Both the position numbers and the translations under genes were made by a program. DNA of 63,964 bases, counting the filler, from an uncultured Methanoregulaceae archaeon (GTDB lineage Archaea > Halobacteriota > Methanomicrobia > Methanomicrobiales > Methanospirillaceae): NCBI GenBank assembly GCA_964530035.1. It is 3 parts of 3 records of this genome, joined end to end, with 100 filler letters (N's around TTAATTAATTAA, not from the genome) between each part and the next. Parts side by side here need not be neighbours in the genome. Positions count along the whole stretch, not along the records: positions 1 to 29,623 come from CAZGXZ010000006.1; 2 more parts are not named here. One strand, given 5' to 3'. The notes under the pieces are model-generated. The model made no database searches and was not told the DNA's origin. It saw only the letters and a list, made by a program, of their open reading frames with translations. Numbering within the stretch: position 1 is the stretch's first letter; the number at the start of each line of letters is the position of its first letter. This document shows, piece after piece, positions 10,217-21,246 of this stretch.

Positions 10217-13200
10217 TCATGGGGCATACCGGTAACATCCGTCAGGGACGACCATCTCGAACCTGGCACCTGACCCGGGGGTCCCGTTTTCCCTGATGAT
10301 AATACCGGTAAGGGCAAGAACCTCGCGCGCAAAGAAAAGGCCAAGCCCGGTGTTTTTTCCTACTCCCATTTCAAAGACCGTTTCCTTCAGGTCCGCGGAG
10401 ATCCCTGAACCATCGTCCTGGTACGTGATGACCATGCCGGACGGTTGTTTTTCAACGGATATCGAGATTTTGCTGACTGATGTCCCGTGCCGTATCGAGT
10501 TGTCAAGGAGGATTTCAAAGACCTTTACCAGCATGGGGTCGGCAAAGATCTCTGCGGTGCCACCGGACCACGTGCAGGAAATCCCGTCAGGCATCCGGAG
10601 GGAACTCACAATGTGACCCACGTCCTGCCACTGCGGCCTGTGCGTACCCAGGTCTTCGTAAACCCTGGTAAAATCGATCTGCGACCAGACCTCCCTGACC
10701 TTCTCCTCGATCCTGGTCAACAGCGGCGCGAGCGCCGGGTATTCCTTTTCCTGTTTTGCAAGGTCGAGGAAACCAAGCATGATCATGACGTTGTTCAGGA
10801 TATCGTGGCGGGTGACACCTGACAGCAGCTTGAGCTTCCTGTTGGTGGCAACAGCGCTTCCTCGACCTTCTTTCTGTCAGTGATGTCACGGCAGATGAAG
10901 ACCAGCCCGGCCGGACTGCCGTCAGGTGTCCGCAGCACGTCACCGTTCGCCTCCATGGTCACCGTGGTACCGTCCCTTTTGAGTACACGGTATTCAACCG
11001 GCCCGCAGGGTGCTTCGAACATCAGTTTAAAGTATTTCATCACCTTCTCGTAATCGACAGGTGCGATAAACCGGATAATAGGCATGCCCGCAAGGTCCTC
11101 CACCCGCTCGTACCCCCCGAATTCCAGGCCCTGCCTGTTGACGTACAGGATGTTCCCCTCGATATCAGTCTTGACGACAATATCAGGGACATTGGTGACA
11201 ATCTTCTGGAACAACTCTTCCTGTTCCCGGATAAGGGAAAGGGCACGTTTTCGCTCGGTGATATCATGGGCAATGCCACGCATCCCGATGAACTTCCCGT
11301 TTTTGTCGAATGAACGCGTAGACCTGATCTCGATGACCATCCGGCTGCCGTCACGGTGTCTTGCCGGGACCTCGACGGTGAATATGGAATCAAGGGACCT
11401 GCTCCCTGATATGATCTGTTCCTCAACAAACGACCGGTATTCTTCGGGTATGAGAGTGAAAACGGGTTTCCCGACCAGTTCAGCGGGGTTGTATCCCATG
11501 ATCTGCCTGATCTGGGGGCTGATGTAACGGAACCTCCCCTGCGGATCGACCTCCCAGATCATGTCCGGGGACGTCTCGACAAGGTTGCAGAACCAGGGTT
11601 CGCCCTCGTCCGGTTGCTCCTCCTTCCTGGCCTTGACGGGACTTTCCCTGACGATCCCGAGCAGGACAGGCTGGTCCTTCATAAAAATCCGGTCGACAAA
11701 AAAATCTCCCGTTTTTATCGCCCCGGACCTGGTCAGGACGCGTGCCGTGAAATAGGTGGACAGGGGCTCTCCCGCAATCCTCCTCCTGTATGCGTCCCTG
11801 AGCACTTCGCGGTCCTCAGGATGGATGAGGTCCCAGATATGCATCTGCATGAGTTCAGCATGGGAATAGCCGGAAAAATCGGATGCCTTCCGGTTTACAA
11901 ACAGGAAGCGGTCGTCCTGGTAAATGTAGACACTTTCATTGCTGTTTTCAACGATGAGACGGTAAAGATGCTCGGACTCCCTGACTGCCGTCTCTGCCCT
12001 CGCGAGGTCTCCGTACTGCTGGCGCAGCTCCTCTTCGGTTGCGGAAAGCTGTTCATAGGCTGCGAGAAGCTCGTCATGGACCCGTTTTTCCTCGGTGACA
12101 TTCCTGGCATACTCGATGACGCCGGTCATCTCACCCGTGGCAGAATCTATGAGAGGGTAGCTGAAGATGTCAAGCCAGCCTGTGGATCCTCCAGGGACCG
12201 GCCAGGGAATCGTCCCTTTTGCAGGCCTGCCGCTCCGGAGCGTTTCCAGTGACGGATAACCCGTCCCCTCAGCGTTGCCGTCTCCATAGACCTCGGATGA
12301 TGCCTTCCCGGCCAGCGGGAGAGCACCGGGATACCAGGCCTCCATCGTCCTGTTCGCCCGGATGATACGCAGGTTCCGGTCAAGGACCAGGATGCCGTCC
12401 TGGATGCTTGTAAAGATGTCCTCAAGAAACCGTTCCTTTTTTTCCAGCATTTCCTGGACGGACTTCCGTTCGGATATGTCGCTGATGAAAGCAAGGGCAG
12501 CAGGGCCGTCGGGGAGGTCGATGATGGCGCTCGTGATCTCTACGGGGATCACGGCACCATCAGACCGCATCCCTGTGACCTCGTAGCTCACACGGTGCTT
12601 TTTCCTCTCCATGAGATCAGTGGTGTACCGGGTCACCCGGTCCCTGTAGGCCGGGTCTATGAAGTCGAGAATGGGTTTTCCTTCAAGTTCCCCGGAATTT
12701 TCAACCCTTACGAGGTGCTGAAACGCGATATTGGAGTAAATAATGTGGTTTTTACGGGACAGGACCATGGGCAGCGGGGATGACTCGATTACCGCCCTGA
12801 ACCTTTTCTCGCTTTCCAGCAACTCCATCTCTTTTTTTCTCAGCTTCGAGATGTCACGTATTGACTCGATTGCACCTGTTTTTTCACCCTGGCGGTTATA
12901 GAGAGGTCCTGCCATGATCAGGGCATGGATATGGTTTCCCCGCGGAGCAGGCAGATCCGACGTGCCTGAAAGCGTACCGCCCTTCCTCGTGATGTTCATG
13001 TAATCCCTGGACAGCGTTTCGTCGCTGTCTGACAGGCGGTCAATAAGCAGCGGGCGCCTTGTTCCGTAAAAAGGCAGGGAGTACTCGTAGTCCCCCCTTC
13101 CCAGCATATCCCGTACCGGTATCCCGGTCATCTCCTCGATGGCACGGTTCCATGCAATGACACGACCGGTGTTGTCAATGGCAAATGTGGCATCCGGCAG

Positions 13201-13632
13201 AAAACTGATGATATCAGAGAGCCGCTGCTCTGAGTCGCGGAGAGCGTCCTGCACCCGCTGCCCGTCGACGGCTATCTTGATTTTATGCATCAGCTCAGCA
13301 AACTGGGCCTTTGGATCACCCCCCTTCTGGATGTAAAAATGGGCTCCGTGGTTGATCGCCTGGATGACCACCTCTTCCCGCCCCCTGCCGGTGAAGAGGA
13401 TGAAGGGGAGGTCCGCATCAAGGGAACGCAGCGTCTTTAAAAAAACAATGCCGTCCATCTCCGGCATCTGGTAATCTGATACAACCGCATCGAAGGACAT
13501 GAGATGTGGCAGTGACAACGCTTCATCAGCCGATGATGCCGTCTCCACCCGGAACTCCCCGGTCCGTTCCAGGAACCGGCGTGCCAGGTCAAGGAGTACC
13601 GGCTCATCATCGACATACAGCACGTGATACAT
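10217..13632 (-). pseudogene. REC-multi-PAS-histidine kinase hybrid sensor, split by a 1-bp frameshift at about 10850
   Basis: The ORF at 10795-13632 has a receiver (VLYVDDE, SDYQMP) and about 6 PAS/PAC domains. The H-box NRKLKLLSGVTRHDILN and the HATPase (LLDNSIRHG, DDGSGI, GLGL) continue in another frame to 10217. Confidence 0.8.
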
Positions 13633-13769
13633 CTCTTCCCTGTCCCTGTACTAACCAGATCATTCTTAATTATTTTAGGGTTCGGTAACCGGCTTATCCC
13701 GGAAGCGGCACCATCACAATGAGCGCAACGGTTCCGGAGCTGAACACTGCGTTTCTTTGGAAAAATGAG

Positions 13770-14150
13770 TTATTCCTTTTTCGCCCAGAGCCCGTGCCTG
13801 TTGCAGTAAGCCCGGGCTGTGACATCCGTGTCATACCCGCTGAAAAAAGCCGAGGGTGCCTCACCGGGTTTCAAACCCTTGATGCTGACCTGGTGGTCCT
13901 TCCTCACCTCGATCCACTCGATGAAATGGTCGTCTTCCATGGGATGGGGGATGCTGCCCAGTTTGACGATGATGCCGCCCTTGGCCGGGGTCACCACAGG
14001 GAGGTGTTTCTCCTTTCCTTCTTCAGAAGTCTTTTCAGCCAGGAGCTGCATGGGGTTCCCGCAGCACACCGGCATCCCGTTTCCCTTGTTGAAGACGCCG
14101 AGGATATTGCCGCAGGCAGCGCAGCGATAGAGTTCATAAAGCCGGGTCAT
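13770..14150 (-). CDS. dfx: Desulfoferrodoxin (2Fe superoxide reductase)
   Basis: CAACGN...VCCG desulforedoxin site, EKHLP, HPMEDDHFIEWI, YCNRHGLW. Confidence 0.93.
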   Translation of the reverse strand: MTRLYELYRCAACGNILGVFNKGNGMPVCCGNPMQLLAEKTSEEGKEKHLPVVTPAKGGIIVKLGSIPHPMEDDHFIEWIEVRKDHQVSIKGLKPGEAPSAFFSGYDTDVTARAYCNRHGLWAKKE

Positions 14151-14292
14151 GGTATTTCACCAGCACGCGATAGGTGCGTCTGTGAGAAGTCGGGTTATGA
14201 AATGATAAAGAGAGGGGGTGCAAGGGCCCCGGGAACCGGGAGTTCCTTCACCCCGTCCGTATTCCTACAAACAGACCCTTTTATCCCACCCC

Positions 14293-14691
14293 ATGACGAA
14301 TCCACCGTACATGAAGTGCTGGCGGGACCTTTCCCATGACTGCGCAGAGAATGACTGCCCTATGTGGATGGAAGAGTTTGACCTCGATGAACTGAGCGGC
14401 CACCAGGAAATGGGGATCGGTGACAGCAGGTGCGCCATGGTCTACCGGGAAAAAATCGGCGTCTTTATGGGTCTCGTGGAGATGATGAACTCCATTGACT
14501 CCGGGTATGACGACATGGACCCGGGGACGTGGATGGTCTACTCCGAACAGGAGAGGAGACCCGGGTCAGGCCCGGACCTTCAGAGGACCCATACGGATGC
14601 CGCGGGAGCAGGTCTCCCAGATACTTCCCCTTCGGGAGGAAGAAAGAAAACCTCAGAAACCAAAACCCGGCGGGCTGTAAAAAAGAAGTGA
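14293..14691 (+). CDS. Hypothetical protein with N-terminal Cys cluster
   Basis: KCWRDLSHDCAENDCPMW...RCA. Plausible ATG in an otherwise unoccupied intergenic space. Confidence 0.55.
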   Translation: MTNPPYMKCWRDLSHDCAENDCPMWMEEFDLDELSGHQEMGIGDSRCAMVYREKIGVFMGLVEMMNSIDSGYDDMDPGTWMVYSEQERRPGSGPDLQRTHTDAAGAGLPDTSPSGGRKKTSETKTRRAVKKK

Positions 14692-14819
14692 TTCGTGGAA
14701 AGTCACTTCTTTCTCCCTTTAAAAGGCCCTCCCAGGTCAGGCAGGGGAACTTTTCTTTGGAATGGAACTGTCACTCCCGGGATGTCCGGGACGAATTCCC
14801 CTCCCCCGGGCACCCGTGC

Positions 14820-15950
14820 TCACCGGTCCTTCCTGAACAACCGCATCCCCCAGGCAAGCGCAAGACCGAGAAAAAAACCGGCGGTCATCGAGACAAACGC
14901 CCCGACAATCCCGGTTATCGCAGTGACAGGTAAGCTCCGGGTCTTGATGCTGTGGAGCGCCATTTCGAGAGAGACGACAACGAGCATCGCCCCGAAGATC
15001 CCAGGAGGGAAGTACGACTGGACGGCACTCCCAAGGAGAATGCCAAAGAGGACCAGTATTATACCTCCAAAGACGCCTGCCATGCCGGTCCGCGCTCCGA
15101 ACCGGTACTGTGCGGCAAGGCCCCCGGCACCGTGACAGACGGGAAATCCCCCGAACGGCGATAGGACAAGGTTCATGACCCCTATCGAGCGCGAGAGTTT
15201 TTCTGTCCGGACAGGCTTTCCCAGGTCCGTGGCGAGCTGCCCGGTCGCGAGTACCGAGTTTGTAAGGGTAACGATAATTTGAGGTATCACGGCCAGGACG
15301 ATCACCCGGCTGAAGTCCTGGGCTGACGGCACCACGAGTCCCGGGACGGGCGGGAGGGCGAGGGCGGGCAGGCCAAGCATCGCGGCGGACGCCACCCCGG
15401 CAACCCCGAGGAGGACGAGGGCTGAAAGGTCAGGGATGTTCTTTCCCTTTTTCAGGAGCCAGAACAGGCCGATGACCCCGAGGCCCGCCAGGAACGGGAA
15501 GAGGTCGCCCCGTGCAAACCCCGCCGCGGATACGGCAAGGAGGAGCGCTATCGCCAGCTGGACCCCGCGGATCACCTCTTCAGGGATGTAGCGGCTGATA
15601 ACCGGCAAAAACCCCGAATAGGACAGGACGATAAAGACAAGTCCTATCAGCATGCCCGATGCGGCGATCTCAGGTCCGGAAAGGTTGCCTGCGATCGCTA
15701 TTACCGCGATCACCTTGAGCGGCTCCACTGCTATCGGAAACCGATAATATATTCCCGTTGCAATGGTGGCAATGCCTGCGAATATGAAGATCCAGGTCGC
15801 CGAAACATTGGAAACGATGGCCACGGCACACAGGAGGGGGATAATAGTACCATAGTCACCAAGAGAGCCGGAAAGTTCCCGGAATACCGGACCAACCCTG
15901 TTTCCGGTACGAACAGCGTGGGTGCCACCACCTCCGGGAAACCGTGTCAT
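14820..15950 (-). CDS. Molybdate/sulfate transporter, MOT1-like family
   Basis: ELSGSLGDYGTIIPL, AVEPLKVIA, GGFPVCHGAGGLAAQYRFGARTG and multiple TM helices. Confidence 0.85.
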   Translation of the reverse strand: MTRFPGGGGTHAVRTGNRVGPVFRELSGSLGDYGTIIPLLCAVAIVSNVSATWIFIFAGIATIATGIYYRFPIAVEPLKVIAVIAIAGNLSGPEIAASGMLIGLVFIVLSYSGFLPVISRYIPEEVIRGVQLAIALLLAVSAAGFARGDLFPFLAGLGVIGLFWLLKKGKNIPDLSALVLLGVAGVASAAMLGLPALALPPVPGLVVPSAQDFSRVIVLAVIPQIIVTLTNSVLATGQLATDLGKPVRTEKLSRSIGVMNLVLSPFGGFPVCHGAGGLAAQYRFGARTGMAGVFGGIILVLFGILLGSAVQSYFPPGIFGAMLVVVSLEMALHSIKTRSLPVTAITGIVGAFVSMTAGFFLGLALAWGMRLFRKDR

Positions 15951-16121
15951 TGCAGCAGGTTTGCATCGCCATGGTGATAATAACTCAGGAAAAGTCCTTA
16001 CATCAGTATCTTTCAGCATGCTGCGGGTAGGGGAAGGCAAAACCAGGGGAATGAAATTCCGCGGGATGCCGGTACAGAGAACCGTAATACCCTTATCCAG
16101 GCACGGTGACAATACTCCACC

Positions 16122-16643
16122 ATGATAGACAGAAAAGCCATTGCCATTGTACTGCTGCTTGTAATGGCGCTCGTCCTCGCCACGGCAGGATGTACCGGCC
16201 AGTCACCGAAAAGCCCGCAGACCGTCCAGCCCACCAGTCCGCCTACAACACCGCCAGCATTCCCGGCGATGACGACCACGACTAAGGTTCTGCCCACAGG
16301 ACCTGGTACGCCCGGTCCGACGCAGGCTCTCCCTGACATCTACAGCATGGAGTTCCAGGTCCAGGCCAATGGCAACACCGCGGACCCGCAGATCGGAGTG
16401 GCACTCATGGGGGGCAAGGGAATGGAGCTCAACTCGAGGGTTGACATCACCTTCCACAGGACCACCGGGCAGGTAGAGAATGCGACCATGCTCCCACCCT
16501 TCTCCATGGGCCAGAAGGCAGTCTTTGTCGCCTCCCCTGACAACTACAACAGGGTCGAGATCTGGGTCACCGCCCCGCAGGTAGGCAAGATCAAGACCTA
16601 CGACGATTATGTCCCGTTCTCGACCTATAACACCAACCCCTGA
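16122..16643 (+). CDS. Putative lipoprotein
   Basis: Signal peptide ending in LATAGC lipobox, Pro/Thr linker, T-tract after the stop. Confidence 0.75.
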   Translation: MIDRKAIAIVLLLVMALVLATAGCTGQSPKSPQTVQPTSPPTTPPAFPAMTTTTKVLPTGPGTPGPTQALPDIYSMEFQVQANGNTADPQIGVALMGGKGMELNSRVDITFHRTTGQVENATMLPPFSMGQKAVFVASPDNYNRVEIWVTAPQVGKIKTYDDYVPFSTYNTNP

Positions 16644-16849
16644 CTTTTTTTTAATTGTACGGGTCCTGAAAGGGGGCCCTCTTTTCAGCAGAACCTGGTG
16701 CATCCCCCGGTGACCTGGTAACAACCGGTCCTGGGCTGTTCACGGAGGAAAAAATGTTTCAGGTCGGTTCATTGGAAAAAATACAGGGAACCAGCCTTAT
16801 GAGGAGTATAACCGGGTCCTGCTCCCACTGGATTTCGGACGAACCGCTG

Positions 16850-18031
16850 TCATCCAAGGACGTAATCCGTTGCCCCACCGTCGATGTAAGTTTTGGTGCC
16901 CTGGACATCAAGGTTGAGGACGCCGTTCGTACCTCCCGGTGAGAGCCCGTTCACGGTTATCGGGGAGTTCGTCACCCCTGAGAAGACCTGGACCCCGTTG
17001 AACCGGAAATCGGTCGATGCCGAACGGGAAGGCACCCAGACGGAGAGCGTCGACCTGAGATCGGTGTACCCGTTGATGTACATCTCACTGATGCTCCCCC
17101 TCCCTATCAGAACCCCGTTGACCGACACGAGGACGTCATCGAAGGTGAACGTGCTTATCATGGCATCGGTCATGTATATTTTTCCGCTTCCCGATGTCCC
17201 GAGTGCCAGCTGGACGTCATCGCCCGAGGAGAGGGACAGGGTTGATGACTTTATCCTGATGTAGGAGTACTGTCCTGTCGTCCTGAACCTGATCATCCCG
17301 CCTTCGGCAAGGTACCCGGCCCTCTGGGTATTCAGGTATACCGGGTACGTCTTGGCCTTCGTCGGGTGGGAGGTGACCCTGGCAGTTGGTGTATGCACGA
17401 CAATAGGCGCCGTTGTTTCCACTTCCGTCGGGACAGCGGTTTCAGGGGGGGTTTCCACAACAGGCCCGGACGGTACCGCTTCAGTCACCGTGGGAAGAGC
17501 GGCGGTCGGGATGGGGATTTCCTGGAACTCCCAGCCATTCTCCCCGAGAGCGGCAACCGGCACATGGTGGGTCTCATCGGTCACCCTCAGGGAAAACGGT
17601 CCCGAAGGGATGGACCCGGCAGGTGCAACGGCTCCCGGGGTGTCCGTGTACCGGTAACTGTCAGGCGCCCTGAAGATGACCAGGGTGTCCCCGGTTGCAA
17701 AGACCGGGTCTTTCAACGATTCATCGGGCAATACCTCGTACATCCCGTCCCGTGTCTCGATGAACAGGGTGAGGTGGTACTGGGCGTACTGTGCCGTCGG
17801 TCCCGACAGGACGGCGGTGTCTCCGCCGCCATGGTGGAGCCTCATGACGTTTTTACCGTCAATCTGTGAAAAATCAGTTACCGGGACGAATCTGACCCCG
17901 GTATGGGAAACCGCGAACAGGCCGATAACCTGGGAGATGATGAGACCGGCACAGATAATGATCAGGATAACGATGAGCACCCCGGACAGTGACTCAGATA
18001 TCGCACGATCGCCGCCCCGTTCGCGAACCAT
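16850..18031 (-). CDS. Archaeal type IV pilin-like protein (class III signal peptide, DUF1628-like)
   Basis: MVRERGGDRA|ISESLSGVLIVILIII class III signal, HHGGGD motif, Pro/Thr linker, beta-rich C-terminal domain. Confidence 0.7.
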   Translation of the reverse strand: MVRERGGDRAISESLSGVLIVILIIICAGLIISQVIGLFAVSHTGVRFVPVTDFSQIDGKNVMRLHHGGGDTAVLSGPTAQYAQYHLTLFIETRDGMYEVLPDESLKDPVFATGDTLVIFRAPDSYRYTDTPGAVAPAGSIPSGPFSLRVTDETHHVPVAALGENGWEFQEIPIPTAALPTVTEAVPSGPVVETPPETAVPTEVETTAPIVVHTPTARVTSHPTKAKTYPVYLNTQRAGYLAEGGMIRFRTTGQYSYIRIKSSTLSLSSGDDVQLALGTSGSGKIYMTDAMISTFTFDDVLVSVNGVLIGRGSISEMYINGYTDLRSTLSVWVPSRSASTDFRFNGVQVFSGVTNSPITVNGLSPGGTNGVLNLDVQGTKTYIDGGATDYVLG

Positions 18032-18314
18032 CAGATGAGAATGTGAGGGACAGTATATAAGCATATCGTAAAGAAACGGCTATGCTCCTTCATTCAACAC
18101 ATCAGGGGCTTGCTGACGGAATTTCAGGAAACCTGCCACCCGCCCACTCCGGCGCCCGGACAGGGGTGGGTCATTCAATTCAGGTTCGCAGTTAAACCGG
18201 TGAAATACCTGGTAATTAAACCTGGTCCTGAAAGGAGGGATAGTCCGGTATGCCCTCTTCATAACCTATATATCCCGGAGCCCTGAAGTGCTGGTTAGAG
18301 GAGGAGTGAGCTCA

Positions 18315-20273
18315 ATGGCAGAGGAACCAAAACCGGTACTGATCCGGGAACGTCTTGACGTGTGTGAGCTTGACCGGGCCCGCATGTCGCTCTTGAACCC
18401 GCAGCTGATCCAGCAGAAGAAGGAGGACCGGACCATTGATGAAAACGCAAAACCGGTCCTGGAACATACGATGCGGGAAGGCATAGAAACCGTCTGGGAC
18501 CGGCACGAGATGCAGCAGCCCCCGTGCAAGTACTGTGCATCGGGTGTGTCATGCTCCCGCTGCGCCATGGGACCGTGCCGGATCATCCCGCCCAACAGGA
18601 TAAGAGGAGTGTGCGGGGCGGATGCCGACCTGATCGTGGCACGGAACCTCCTTGACATGATCGCAACCGGGGCCGCCGCCCATTCTGACCATGGGAGAGA
18701 CATTGTAGAGACCCTGTACCTCCTGGGCACGGGCCGGGCGGAGGACTACAGGATTAACGATGTCGACAAACTGAAACGGCTTGCAGAGGAGTTCGGGGTG
18801 TCTCCTGCCGGAAAGACTCCTGAAAAGCTGGCTGCCGAGGTCGGCCTCGCGATGCTCCAAGAGTTCGGGATAGTGAAAAACACCCTGCAGTTCCTGGAGC
18901 GTGCCCCGAAGGCGACCCGGGAGGTCTGGGAAAACCTCGGGATCACGCCACGGGGGATTGACCGGGAGATCGTCGATTCGATGCACCGGATCCAGATGGG
19001 TGTGGGGGCAGACTATGTCAACATGCTGATCCAGGGGTTGAGGACCGGGCTGTCCGATGGGTGGGGCGGTTCGATGATAGGCACCGAGATCTCAGACGTA
19101 CTCTTCGGGACACCGGCAATCAACGAGTCGAAGGTGAACCTGGGAGTTATCAAAGCAGACCAGGTCAATATCTCGCTCCATGGCCACAACCCGATGATCT
19201 CGGAGATGATCGTCAGGGCGGCAGCCGACCCGGAGATGCAGGCCCTTGCAAAAAAGAACGGGGCTGCAGGGATCAACCTCGTGGGCCTGTGCTGCACGGG
19301 AAACGAGCTCCTGATGAGAAAAGGTGTCCCGAACGCCGGGAACCACCTCAACCAGGAGCTCGCCATCGCTACCGGTGCTCTCGAGGCGATGGTCGTCGAT
19401 TACCAGTGCATCTTCCCGTCCCTCCCGAGGACTGCCAGCTGTTATCACACGCTCATCATCTCGACGAGCCCGAAGGCGACCATCCCCGGGTCATATTACT
19501 TCGAGTTCCGCCAGGAGACAGCCCTTGCCACAGCAAAGGCCATTGTCAGGATGGCGGTTGAAAACTTCAGGAACCGGAACAGGGACCGCGTGATGATCCC
19601 TGGCGAACCGGTGCGGGTCGTCACAGGATTTTCAAACGAAGCCATCAAATCTGCACTTGGGGGGTCCTTCAAGCCGTTGATCGACCTGATAGCCTCCGGG
19701 AAAATCAGGGGTGCCGCAGGCATTGTCGGCTGCAACAACCCCCAGGTCAGGCACGACTATGGACATGTCACCCTCACAAAGGAACTTATCAGGAGGAACA
19801 TCCTCTGCGTCGAGACGGGTTGTGCTGCCATTGCATCAGGAAAAGCCGGTCTGCTCCAGCCTGAGGCCGCATCCCTTGCCGGCGATGACCTCCGTGCAGT
19901 CTGTGAATCCCTGAAGATCCCCCCTGTCCTGCACATGGGCTCGTGTGTGGACAACTCGCGGATCCTCGTCCTTGCAGCGGAACTTGGAAACGCCCTCAAT
20001 GTCGGGATCCACCGGCTTCCGATAGCCGGGGCAGCTCCGGAGTGGTATTCCCAGAAGGCTGTGTCGATAGGGGCGTACTTCGTCGCTTCCGGTGTGTATA
20101 CCGTCCTTGGCGTGATGCCCAAGATCTCAGGGAGCCCTGCGGTCGTATCCCTCCTCACCGAGGGACTTAAGGGCGCGGTGAACGCCTCCTTTGCCGTAGA
20201 ACCCGACCCGGTGAAGGCAGCAGACCTGATTACGGACCACATCGAAAGGAAAAGAACTGACCTTGGGATTTAG
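18315..20273 (+). CDS. cooS: Anaerobic Ni-Fe carbon monoxide dehydrogenase catalytic subunit
   Basis: CKYCASGVSCSRCAMGPC (D/B clusters), HSDHGR, and C-cluster ligands GHNP, GLCCTGNE, DYQC, GCNNP, TGC, GSCVDNSR, plus SQKA. Confidence 0.95.
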   Translation: MAEEPKPVLIRERLDVCELDRARMSLLNPQLIQQKKEDRTIDENAKPVLEHTMREGIETVWDRHEMQQPPCKYCASGVSCSRCAMGPCRIIPPNRIRGVCGADADLIVARNLLDMIATGAAAHSDHGRDIVETLYLLGTGRAEDYRINDVDKLKRLAEEFGVSPAGKTPEKLAAEVGLAMLQEFGIVKNTLQFLERAPKATREVWENLGITPRGIDREIVDSMHRIQMGVGADYVNMLIQGLRTGLSDGWGGSMIGTEISDVLFGTPAINESKVNLGVIKADQVNISLHGHNPMISEMIVRAAADPEMQALAKKNGAAGINLVGLCCTGNELLMRKGVPNAGNHLNQELAIATGALEAMVVDYQCIFPSLPRTASCYHTLIISTSPKATIPGSYYFEFRQETALATAKAIVRMAVENFRNRNRDRVMIPGEPVRVVTGFSNEAIKSALGGSFKPLIDLIASGKIRGAAGIVGCNNPQVRHDYGHVTLTKELIRRNILCVETGCAAIASGKAGLLQPEAASLAGDDLRAVCESLKIPPVLHMGSCVDNSRILVLAAELGNALNVGIHRLPIAGAAPEWYSQKAVSIGAYFVASGVYTVLGVMPKISGSPAVVSLLTEGLKGAVNASFAVEPDPVKAADLITDHIERKRTDLGI

Positions 20274-20342
20274 GCGAAAAACCACGAAAAACCGTGTACA
20301 TGAAAGAAACGGACCTGTCACGACGACAGCAGCAACCATGAC

Positions 20343-21158
20343 GTGGATAGCCCCATGATGCGGGTCCTGGTCACCGGGAAGGGCGGTGTCGGGAAGACCA
20401 CCCTCACCGCCCTGCTGGCGAAGGTATGCGCCTCCCGGGGGTCCCTGGTCCTTGCCGTGGACGGAGACCCCCAGCAGAACCTGGCAGTCACACTCGGGAT
20501 CCCCCCGGCAGAAGCTGAAAAGATTGTCCCGCTCTCACGCCAGGCCAGGTATATCGAGGAGAAAACGGGAGCTGCCCCGGGAGGCGGGGGTGGGGGGATG
20601 CTCGTGCTGAACCCGGACGTGACCGGGGTGGCCAGGCAGTTCTCGGTGCCGGTGGGGGAACGCATCCGGCTCCTTGTCCTTGGCGGGGTCAGCGAGGCCG
20701 GAGGAGGGTGCCTGTGCCCTGAGTTCACCCTCCTGTCCTCCGTCATCAGGGGCCTGCCCGAATCATCCGACGACATGGTCATCCTCGATACCCAGGCCGG
20801 GCTCGAGCATTTTGGCAGGGCGGTCGCGACCGGATTTTCAACAGCCCTGGTCGTGGCCGACCCTTCGTACAACGCGCTCTCGGTCGCCGCCACATCTGCA
20901 AAACTCGCACGACAGCTGGGAATCCCGGACGTGGTCCTCGTCCTGAACCGGGTCCAGGGGGATGTGCATGAACAGAGGGTTGCAGGCCGTTTCAGGGACT
21001 CATCCTTGTTTTCAGCGATCCTGTCCCTCCCCGACGAACCGGCGATCAGAAAGACTGAACCGGCCGTCGACCTGGCGGTACTGCAGGGCTCAAAGGTGCT
21101 GGACCGACTCGACCGGCTGGTGACTTTGATAACCCGGACAGGCTCCGGGCCCAGGTGA
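20343..21158 (+). CDS. cooC: CO dehydrogenase nickel-insertion ATPase
   Basis: GKGGVGKTT, DGDPQQNL, GGGCLCP, DTQAGLEHFGR. Directly follows cooS. Confidence 0.9.
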   Translation: MDSPMMRVLVTGKGGVGKTTLTALLAKVCASRGSLVLAVDGDPQQNLAVTLGIPPAEAEKIVPLSRQARYIEEKTGAAPGGGGGGMLVLNPDVTGVARQFSVPVGERIRLLVLGGVSEAGGGCLCPEFTLLSSVIRGLPESSDDMVILDTQAGLEHFGRAVATGFSTALVVADPSYNALSVAATSAKLARQLGIPDVVLVLNRVQGDVHEQRVAGRFRDSSLFSAILSLPDEPAIRKTEPAVDLAVLQGSKVLDRLDRLVTLITRTGSGPR

Positions 21159-21246
21159 ACGGTAAGACCTGCCACCCGGCTCCTGATGTACCGGGGTTTT
21201 CTTTGAAAAACCCCTCGAAAACCCCCCGGCAGGATAATAAGCGGCA

